A stretch of DNA of 63,333 nt, the filler included, from Octopus bimaculoides (lineage: Eukaryota), in assembly GCF_001194135.2 (NCBI RefSeq). It is 4 parts of 4 records of this genome, joined end to end, with 100 filler letters (N's around TTAATTAATTAA, not from the genome) between each part and the next. Parts side by side here need not be neighbours in the genome. Positions count along the whole stretch, not along the records: positions 24,202 to 52,271 come from NC_068982.1; 3 more parts are not named here. One strand, 5' to 3'. The notes beneath the pieces were generated by a model. That model saw nothing but the letters and a program-made list of their open reading frames with translations. It ran no database searches and was not told the DNA's origin. A program made the translations under genes and the position numbers. Of this stretch, positions 26,275-35,840 are shown one piece after another. How positions within the stretch are numbered: the first letter of the stretch is position 1; every line of letters starts with the position of its first letter.

Positions 26275-26415
26275 TTAGCAGCTTCGCGCGGGTCCGCATG
26301 TTCCGCTTGTGTTACCACATATTATAACAGGCAATGAGCCTCTGTTACCAGAAGCTACAATATCTTCTCCCATACAGCTACACCCCGCTGAGCGTCTGTC
26401 ACCAGGCAACGTTTG
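26275..26415 (-). CDS. Candidate terminal exon, Cys-rich (QTLPGDRRSAGCSCMG...CGNTSGTCGPARSC*)
   Basis: Locally GC-rich, with an open frame after a ctcag acceptor. The in-register antisense frame is also open, so the strand is not proven. Confidence 0.25.
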   Translation of the reverse strand, partial: QTLPGDRRSAGCSCMGEDIVASGNRGSLPVIICGNTSGTCGPARSC

Positions 26416-26651
26416 CTGAGTATATACCACGTTGCCATTAGCTTCATGTATTTAATTATTATACAGCTCGCCATTTATTACATTCCAGAATAACGTACCG
26501 TTTTGAGAACAGAAACACACACTGGATTTTGTAATCATAGTTTTACTCTGTCTGAAAAAAGAAGGCTAATGGTCAGACCTAGAATGCCTTTGATTATAAG
26601 TCTGCTTAATCAGAGCTGACTTGTGCCTAAAGAACTACAACTGTTCAATAC

Positions 26652-26816
26652 CGTTGGATGATAGGAGCGATTGAGCAGATACTTAAGTTCCAGAGGTGGT
26701 TTTAGACTCTTAAAATTTTTCACATGATGAATAATGGGATCCCTGGGGGAAGAAAACCCCCATTTCCTGAAGTACGTACGACTTCCTGCATGGTCTATGC
26801 ATTGCTTCTGTTCAAA
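26652..26816 (-). CDS. Candidate internal exon, unidentified protein (FEQKQCIDHAGSRTYFRKWGFSSPRDPIIHHVKNF...RSYHPT)
   Basis: tttttaccag acceptor and CG|GTATTG donor; 165 nt, phase 0/0; only one minus frame is open. Confidence 0.35.
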
Positions 26817-27088
26817 CTGGTAAAAACAGCTACTTAAATTATATATGCAGGTTATATTAAATGGATGAACAAATGTAGACTTCAGGCTGCATTGTCTAAG
26901 TTGTAGCAATAATAGCCTGTTCCCGTAGTACCATAGGTAGCAATTTGTTGGAATAAAAACCGTTTGGAACACTGTTTATTATGAAAAATATGCTAAAATA
27001 TATTCAATCCTGAGCAACTATTCAACTATTTTCTTTTACCTTCAGTATCAAATTTAATTTTTTTTATTTGTTTTAATCATTGTTTTAA

Positions 27089-27591
27089 TCTCTAACAAAC
27101 GTGGTAGGGTCACGTGACGTTTAGTTGCTGACATGGTTGAGATTCAATAGTCATGACTCAACCGTGCACTTCTTCGCGTAAACATTGTGAGGAAAACTCA
27201 TCTCCCAAACGAAAACAATTCTGCAAGTAGCGTTTGGGCACGCAAGGTCATATTAAGGACATGGTCTCTAACTAACGTGGTTGGGTCTTAGACATCATAA
27301 ATTAGTAGATTAATGTACATCCGATATTTCAGCTATTTGATTACAAACCGAAATATCGGATGTACATTAATCTACTAATTTATGATGTCTAAGACCCAAC
27401 CACGTTAGTTAGAGACCATGTCCTTAATATGACCTTGCGTGCCCAAACGCTACTTGCAGAATTGTTTTCGTTTGGGAGATGAGTTTTCCTCACAATGTTT
27501 ACGCGAAGAAGTGCACGGTTGAGTCATGACTATTGAATCTCAACCATGTCAGCAACCAAACGTCACGTGACCCTACCACGTTTGTTAGAGA
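27089..27591. repeat. Near-perfect long inverted repeat (242-bp arms, 19-bp spacer)
   Basis: 27089-27330 is the reverse complement of 27350-27591, with one mismatch seen. Confidence 0.97.
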
Positions 27592-27741
27592 CCGTATCCT
27601 TAATGTGACCTTGCGTAGCCCAACGTTGCATTCAGAATTGTTTTCGTTTGAGAACTGAGTTGTCCTCACAATGGTCGAACGCTGTTTACGCGAAGGAGTG
27701 CACGGTTGAGCCACAACTATTGATTGCAAACCGAAATATCG
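27397..27741 (+). repeat. Two diverged direct copies of a roughly 175-bp unit (27397-27571 and 27572-27741)
   Basis: Shared ACCACGTT.GTTAGAGACC..TCCTTAAT.TGACCTTGCGT...GAATTGTTTTCGTTTG...TTTACGCGAAG.AGTGCACGGTTGAG. Confidence 0.85.
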
Positions 27742-28244
27742 CATGACAGCGTTGTTTGCAAGTACTTCCTTGCACATCCCCCCACCAACACACACACACA
27801 CACATACCACGTCATTTCTTTCATGTAGATTTCTCTCATGTGGTGCTGTTGAGTGCGCACACGAGCTTAATTTATCACATAGATGTAGTTCTTATATTTG
27901 CTGATTGTTCAGTGTGGTAGCGGCAACGCCAACAGCCGCAAAGGAGAGTATATCCACTGAGAGCTTTTTGGTGCGTTCCAAAATCACATACTTCCACCCA
28001 CTTTTCCATGACAAGGTTAAGGCCTGGAATCTTCCAAACAGATGCATGACATGTCACTTAGTCGAATCAGCCCTTCATTTACTCCACAAATGTTTTGTCA
28101 TCAATGCTACTTTCCCCATATCACATGTTTCAACTTAACTGTACCATATATACAAACTAAGCCATTTAAATCCCAATCAACGCCGGATATGTCTGCTAGT
28201 AATTAGATAAACTTAGTTTTTAAAATATTAACAATTGTAGATAT

Positions 28245-28640
28245 GCGTAGGTACGCCTATGTCGTTAAGATCGTTGCTTTGCAACCATGCGGTTTCGAGT
28301 TCAGACCCACTGCGTAGAAACTTGAGCAAATATCTTCTACTATAGCCCAAGGCCGACCAATGCCTTGTGAGACAATTTGATAAACGGAAACTTATGGAAG
28401 CCCGTCGTGTATGTGTGTGTGTCTTTGTGTTTGTCCCCCGCCACCATTGCGTCACAACTGATGTTGGTTGGTTTACGTTCCCGTAACTTAGCTGTTCGGT
28501 ACAAAAGACCAGTAGAATAAGTACCAGACTTCAAAAAAAAAAAACGAACTAGGATCGACTTGTTCAACTAAACCCTTCAAGGCGGTATCCCAGTATGGTT
28601 GCATTCCAATGATTAAAACAAATTTTAAAAAATTAAAGAT
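28245..28640 (+). mobile_element. tRNA-SINE, family C, full length, diverged
   Basis: tRNA head, internal (TG)n, AATAAGTACC core and the same 3' end as the 23855-24101 copy. Confidence 0.85.
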
Positions 28641-29244
28641 AAAGATACCATCTGGGGCATGCCGTCTCGGTAAGCAAGCCGGGTAGTTCCTACTCAAACT
28701 TAATACAATGAAATACAGAAAAAAAAATTAATGATTTTTACTTATTAAACGCTAAAAATCACATGACTCGACAGTTCCAGCACCTGTACCCGATGTATTT
28801 CATCTTAGTACAGACGTCTTCTGTGCTTTTGGTATCGTACGTATGAATGAGAGGCGCTCTCAAGGCTAATGACGCGGTATTCAGCGCTCTAATAACACAT
28901 CTACGTTTAGTAGGATATAAAGATTGCCTTTTCGTATTAATATACTGCTCCATCGCTAATATTTATTTGCTAATTTAATGTATGGGAACCAGTGTATTAT
29001 TCAGTAAACGGTTGCAGTTAAAGATAATTTCCGCTGTCTTTCAAGTTGGCTGTAAATATTATGCGTAATCCAATTAAATCATCAAGTGTTGTAAGTTCAG
29101 CTAAATACATTTAAAAAGAGTTGTCTTGGAGGAAAACAGAATTTAGCTTCTGTTCTGTGTCACTACAAAGTGCGTGCGTGTGTACTAACTACATTGCGTG
29201 TGTGTTTAACTATTGATTAAGCTAATATTTATATATAAATTTAA

Positions 29245-29285
<41 letters not shown>

Positions 29286-29484
29286 AAATACAACGGTGTA
29301 AAAATGCAGAAATATTTATCAATATTATATATAACAACGTTTATGTTTGCTTACGCATATTTGTTTAGAAGCGTACGCGAATACAACTCAACTTTATTCT
29401 CGTAGATGTACTACTGCCAATGCTTTCTTTTAATTAGTGCTAGTCAATAATAGGAATCTTATTCATATTGACGTTTATAATTAA

Positions 29485-30060
29485 TATGGCGATCTGACAG
29501 AATCGTTTCCGCGTCGGACAAAAATGCTTAGCGGCATTTTGTCCGTCTTTATGTTCTGAGTTCAAATTCCACCACAGTCTACTTTGCCTTTCATCCTTTC
29601 GGATTCGATAAAATAAATACCAGTTGAGCACTGGGGTTGATGTGATCAACTAAACCTCACCCTTGAAATTGCTGGCCTTGTGCTAAAATTTGAAACCAGT
29701 AATACATGTGACAACGTTTATGTTTGCTTACGTATATTTGTTTAGAAGTGTACGTAGATATAACTCAATTCCTGTAGATGTACTACAGCCAATACTCTGT
29801 TTTAATAAAACTTGGCCAATAATAGAAATCTTATTATTGATGTTTATCTGGTGGCGAGCAAGCATAATCAGTAGCCGATCGGACAAAATGCTTAACAGTA
29901 TTAGCATCTATTCCGGCTCTTTACTTTCTGCTCTCAAAACCCGCCAAGGTCGACATTCATGCTTTCGTGAACGATACAATAGGTAGTGGAGCTCGATACA
30001 ATCGACTAAAACCCTCCCCGTAAAACTGGTGGCTTTGTGTCAAAATTTGAAGCCATTATT
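29485..30060 (+). mobile_element. Two family M SINEs, each preceded by a copy of a roughly 145-bp unit
   Basis: SINEs at 29485-29700 and 29845-30060; units at 29334-29480 and 29711-29850. Confidence 0.8.
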
Positions 30061-30283
30061 ATGTGTAATCTTTTTATTCTTTACCTGGTTTCACTCACTC
30101 AACTACAGTTATATCGGGACATGACACTGAACGTTTCAATTGATGGTATCTACCCAGCTGCATATTTCTGCCTGGTACTTATTTTTAAAATGCATTTTTA
30201 TCGAATCGCTAAGTATTGTTTCATGTGACTGTCGCTGAGACTGTGTGTACGCGTGTGTGCCGATGTATATAATTTTCTCTCTC

Positions 30284-30324
<41 letters not shown>

Positions 30325-30438
30325 TACACACCCACACACACACACCAGTGAACAAACTAAAGAAAGCAGCACTCCTACGCATTCATGATACTTTAAGTCA
30401 TACGGGTCTGAGTTCAAGTGAAATTGTATACGCACACA

Positions 30439-30523
<85 letters not shown>

Positions 30524-30574
30524 ACACACACACAAATATGAATGAGAAGCTGCGCAAGAATTGCAAAAATTATC

Positions 30575-30735
30575 GAACACACATACTCAATGTATGTGCT
30601 TTGCTTGTTTGCAGTCGGCTGCCTCTGGCACGGTGGAAAAGACGCCATTAAAGCGCCAAATGTTGAAACACCTAAAGGTCATAAACAGGCTAGACAATTC
30701 ACTCCAAATCCCATTAAGGAGCAATGGACTTCGAT
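30575..30735 (+). repeat. Unclassified dispersed repeat (second copy 56719-56880)
   Basis: Shared CACATACTCAATGT.TGTG.TTTGCTTG and TGTT.AAACACCT.AA.GTCATA.ACAGGC.AGACAA.TC blocks. Confidence 0.75.
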
Positions 30736-30789
30736 GCTTCGCCATCTTTGTGGCTTATCAACATCACATACGTGTATGTATGTATGTAT

Positions 30790-31325
30790 GTATGTATGTA
30801 TGTATAAAAATACAAAATGGGACAAGAACGCAAAACATCTGGTCAATTAGGTGATACAAAAATGGAACAACAAAACATCCAGATATACGATACAAAGAAA
30901 CCAAGAACGGGTCATTCGAAGTTTTCTTTCCTCAGTCGAGTAGCAGATTATCTTTGCAATTTCGGTTGATTATACTCGAGATTGCTCCAATCTGGCCAGC
31001 CCCAAGGAAAAACTAAGCTAAGAGCATTAGATTCCTTGGAAGAAAGCAGCGAATGTATACAAAAACAAGGATAGGAAAAAACGAACAATGTTACACAAAT
31101 GCAATAAAAATAATAACAGAACATAACAACAGGTGTCTTTCGATTAAAGACAAATTAAATTAAGCTGGTGTGTGTGGAAATAAAGCCTTACGGCAGGGAT
31201 ACAGGATTTCAAGGGCACAGGGAGGAATATCGATGTTGCACGGACAACGGCCGGCCAAGAAAGAAAGATCAGGCTTAGCCGGACGCCGGTCACGTGGGGA
31301 GAGAAGAGAGAGAGAGGTAGAGGCT
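30790..31325 (-). mobile_element. Non-autonomous Penelope-like element end (tentative)
   Basis: CACGTGACCGGCGTCCGGCTA start and AATTTAATTTGTCT motif shared with 35100-35320; hammerhead-like CTGAGGA AAG AAAA CTT CGAAT at 30914-30935; (CATA)n flanks. No RT seen. Confidence 0.35.
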
Positions 31326-32473
31326 ATGTATGTATGTATGTATGTATGTATGCATGGTCTCTCGTAGTCGAGAAAGGTAGTTCCGTAATTTCCTACAAAT
31401 GATTTGTTTAAACTGACCAAATGTATGTGCCGTACATTAGCTCGCTCCCACCATCAAATCAGCATTGCCTGAACAGGTGCACGGTGTACAACCCGTCAAG
31501 TGTCAAACTGATCGTAGAGCAACGTAAGATGAAATGATTTGCTCAAAATCACAACGCACCGTCCTGTCCAGGAATTGAAACCTCGATCTTATGTGTATGT
31601 ATGTATGTATGTATGTATGTGTACTATTTATGAGTAAAAGTGCATAATTACGTGAGCGTTTCTTTGTATTTGTATATGTTTGTATGTATGCGGCAAGCAT
31701 GCGAATGAGTAGGTGCATGTCTAGTGTGAGAATGTGAAGATTGATAATTGAAATTGATTAATTAATTCATTAGAAGTGTAGTGTGTGATGGAGTTGAGTA
31801 ACATTAACACACAGTCTGTATTAAGTCAGCGTGCACTATGAAATATTTCATTATCCAATACTTTCAGTATTTTTGCTTGGGTATATTTATCTGTCTATCT
31901 GTCTTTCTTTATGTACGTATGTATGTATGTATGTATGTATGTATGTATTATATATGTACGTCATTATTCAGTTTTGTTTCAAGATTTCTTGCCAATAAAG
32001 GAAGAGCCGGTTTCTAACCTAGATCCAAGGCTCCTACACTGGAATTTCAACAAATGCATGTATGTATGTATACGTGAAGATTTGTATGTTTTGTTTTATG
32101 TATGTCTTCTCATGCACATGCTTGTATATCTAGACGTGCAAGTGTATTCTTAAATAATAAACTTCTGGAAGGTTTTACTGATTTTTTATAGTTCTACTGA
32201 TGGCTTGGATCTGTAGTCTTCGAATCAGCTTTCTCCTTTCTGGTTTCGAAAAGCTTAATTTCTCAAGATTAGTATTTAGGCAGTGTGTTACATAACCTAG
32301 TGCCCCAATCAAATTATTATATTAGGTTTATTGTGCTTACATTTTATTGAGGTATTCACTGGAACATTCCACCAGTACTCCTTTTTATTATGTGTGGGTA
32401 TGGCTTCCACCATACTGTGGGTTCTTATTTCTTTGTCCTCGAGGTTATCCTTTCGACGGATATCGCTATACAG

Positions 32474-32779
32474 TAGGGTGGAGTGAAAATAAAAAATCGT
32501 GGAAATTGAAAATGCCTGAGAGCTAAAATGTTGCTATATTTGATTACTAGAAAAATGTTAAATTTTCGCTTAGATCAATCAAGGGCATTTATTCCCTCAA
32601 GCCCCCTAAACTCTAAAAATGGGGTATTTTTGTAAATTTTTTACAATAGCGGAGTTTTGAAGCAGGGTTGACTGATCTAAGCAAAAATTTAGCATGTTTC
32701 TAGTAATAATATATAGCAACATTTTAGCCCTCAGGCATTTTCAATTTCCACAATTTTTTTTTATTTTCACTCCGCCCTA
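32474..32779 (+). mobile_element. hAT-like MITE, copy 1 (roughly 110-bp TIRs, TAGGGTGG...CCGCCCTA)
   Basis: Long terminal inverted repeats seen directly. Confidence 0.88.
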
Positions 32780-32820
32780 GATTGCACAATCTATATACCC
32801 ACACACACATACATGTGTGT

Positions 32821-33074
32821 TAGGATGGAGTGAAAATATATTATTATTAGGAAAATGATAAATTTTTGCTTAGATCCTTCAAACACCTAAAGTCCGCTAT
32901 TGTAAAAAGAAATTACAAAAATCATCAATTTTCAGAGTTTAGGAGGCTTGGGGGAGTAAATGCTTTTGATTGATCTAAGCGAAAATTTATCATTTTTCTA
33001 GTAACTAAATATAGCAACATTTTAGCCTCCAGGCATTTTCCATTTTTACAATTTTTTATTTTCATTCCACCCTA
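32821..33074 (-). mobile_element. hAT-like MITE, copy 2, opposite orientation, inner TIR partly deleted
   Basis: Its central region is the reverse complement of copy 1; ends are TAGGATGG...CCACCCTA. Confidence 0.85.
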
Positions 33075-33361
33075 TTATACAGTGTCCTAGCTACAATATC
33101 ATGTCTCTTCGGCAGATAATACCGTGATGACACTTTCAGACAGCTGCTTATGATGCGGGTGATATCTTCGGTGTTAATTCCACACAGTCTGAATCGGTTG
33201 TCACATTTTACTGTTTTTCCTATATTTCTGTCCCTTTTGTACGTCAGGTATTTCGTTGATATTTCCTGTTCCTGGATTGCAATACGTATTATGTATGTGT
33301 ATATATATAATATGTGAGTATATGCATACATACGTACATGTATGTATATACCTAAATCTAC

Positions 33362-33730
33362 ATGTATATATAGATACATATCTGGGTACACGACGTTGCA
33401 AAAAAAACGTGGACAAAATGATAAACAGAGCACAGAAAACACACAGGTCACATAGAGAACATTTCCTTCATCAGCTGCCACCATTCTAAAACTAAGCGTT
33501 TCGAAGAGTTAGGGCAGGATGCATTGTTAGAATGGCTCTTCCCGCGGAGACAAATTAAATTTGTAGCGCGGAGGAATGTAGTGGCGAACAGAAAACAAGA
33601 CAGAAAAACGAAACAGTGAAAATAAACAAGAAAGGCTATAAGGCCAGACGTGAAAAAAATGTGTGTATACTGAACGCTGTGATGCGACGAACTGGAAGGA
33701 AGAGAGAAGAAAGTTCGAGCGACCTTGGCA
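33362..33730 (-). mobile_element. Repeat end, inverted copy of 35139-35506 (Penelope-like, tentative)
   Basis: About 370 bp at over 90% identity by eye; ends in a TA/CA microsatellite; contains CGAAAC and CTGATGAAG motifs. Confidence 0.6.
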
Positions 33731-34969
33731 NNNNNNNNNNATATATATATATATATATATATAAAATATATTATTTATATTATTATATGATATAATTCTG
33801 ATCCGCATTCTATACGATCCTTTTACTCTTTCGTTTTTCTCTCTCTTAATCTTTTACCTCCTCTTCTCCCACTATTCTTTCCTATTACTTTGTTATTCTC
33901 TCTCTCTTGCTCACGTGGCTCTCACGTGACCATCGGCCATCCATCTTTGTTTCTTTCTCTCCGTTGCAGCTGGAACAAGAAAGACGTGTTCTTGTTTGTC
34001 GCCTGTCCTAGCTTGATTTACGCGTTCGCCACCACAACCTCGTTTAGGCTTTAGCAGCCCTTTTGTTTTCACTGTCCTGTTTGTGCTTGTGTTACCTATT
34101 NNNNNNNNNNNNNNNNNNNNNNNNNNNNNNNNNNNNNNNNNNNNNNNNNNNNNNNNNNNNNNNNNNNNNNNNNNNNNNNNNNNNNNNNNNNNNNNNNNNN
34201 NNNNNNNNNNNNNNNNNNNNNNNNNNNNNNNNNNNNNNNNNNNNNNNNNNNNNNNNNNNNNNNNNNNNNNNNNNNNNNNNNNNNNNNNNNNNNNNNNNNN
34301 NNNNNNNNNNNNNNNNNNNNNNNNNNNNNNNNNNNNNNNNNNNNNNNNNNNNNNNNNNNNNNNNNNNNNNNNNNNNNNNNNNNNNNNNNNNNNNNNNNNN
34401 NNNNNNNNNNNNNNNNNNNNNNNNNNNNNNNNNNNNNNNNNNNNNNNNNNNNNNNNNNNNNNNNNNNNNNNNNNNNNNNNNNNNNNNNNNNNNNNNNNNN
34501 NNNNNNNNNNNNNNNNNNNNNNNNNNNNNNNNNNNNNNNNNNNNNNNNNNNNNNNNNNNNNNNNNNNNNNNNNNNNNNNNNNNNNNNNNNNNNNNNNNNN
34601 NNNNNNNNNNNNNNNNNNNNNNNNNNNNNNNNNNNNNNNNNNNNNNNNNNNNNNNNNNNNNNNNNNNNNNNNNNNNNNNNNNNNNNNNNNNNNNNNNNNN
34701 NNNNNNNNNNNNNNNNNNNNNNNNNNNNNNNNNNNNNNNNNNNNNNNNNNNNNNNNNNNNNNNNNNNNNNNNNNNNNNNNNNNNNNNNNNNNNNNNNNNN
34801 NNNNNNNNNNNNNNNNNNNNNNNNNNNNNNNNNNNNNNNNNNNNNNNNNNNNNNNNNNNNNNNNNNNNNNNNNNNNNNNNNNNNNNNNNNNNNNNNNNNN
34901 NNNNNNNNNNNNNNNNNNNNNNNNNNNNNNNNNNNNNNNNNNNNNNNNNNNNNNNNNNNNNNNNNNNNG

Positions 34970-35506
34970 TTGTTCTTCGCCTCTCCCCTTCACTATTATA
35001 TATATATCTCTCTCTTCCTCCCTGTCTCTCGTTGCTCACCTATATTCTACTTCCCTTTTTTTCTCCCTCTACCACTCTTACTCCTTACCCCTCGCTAGTC
35101 ACGTGTCCGGCTACTTCTTCCTTTCCTATCTTGGCCATTGCCAAGATCGCACGAACTTTCTTCTTCTCTCTTCCTTCCAGTTCGTCACATCACAGCGTTC
35201 AGTATACACATTTTTTTCACGTCTGGCCTTATAGCCTTTCTTGTTTATTTTCACTGTTTCTTTTTCCTGTCTTGTTTTCTGTCTGCCACGACATTCCTCG
35301 CGTTACAAATTTAATTTGTCTCCGCGGGAAGAGCCATTCTAACAATGCATCTTGCCTTAAATCTTCGAAACGCTTAGTTTTAGAATGGTGGCAGCTGATG
35401 AAGGAAATGTTCTCTATGTGGCCTGTGTGTTTTCTGTGCTCTGTTTATCATTTTGTCCATGTTTTTTTGCAACGTCGTGTACTCAGATATGCATCTATAT
35501 ATACAT
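34970..35506 (+). mobile_element. Repeat end, partner of 33362-33730 (Penelope-like, tentative)
   Basis: As above, with a pyrimidine-rich 5' part. Confidence 0.6.
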
Positions 35507-35840
35507 ACACTTCATAAAAAGACTCGTTAAAGTGTCGTTTTTTATTACTTAAAAGTTCCTACTGCATCAAAGACACGACTTTTATATAAGGGGAAAATGC
35601 TAATTTTACCAATTTCTGTCTTCCTATCTTAAAGGCCACACATTATACCTACATTTCAAATTTTACTCAAATGCAGGTATAGATTTTACGTCAAAAGCAT
35701 ATATGGAAATATATAGATATATGGATTTCAGTAATTGTTCTCATTCTGAACTAAAACAAATAACATTCTCCATTTTGCTACTTAGTGAACATCACTATTT
35801 CAATGGTTCAGAAAGGTGTTTTGCACCTGATGGCTATTGG

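Larger units (their letters stand above)
31911..33283 (-). mobile_element. 5'-truncated R4/Dong-type (restriction-like endonuclease) non-LTR retrotransposon, split by a MITE pair
   Basis: 33283-33075 reads IAIQEQEISTKYL...FRLCGINTEDITRIISSC...YLPKRHDIVARTLY (decayed CCHC knuckle). 32473-32150 reads YSDIRRKDN...EYWWNVPVNTSIKCKHNKPNIII / IGALG...LQIQAISRTIKISKTFQKFII*. A 3' UTR and (TACA)n tail (31911-31947) follow. Confidence 0.85.
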
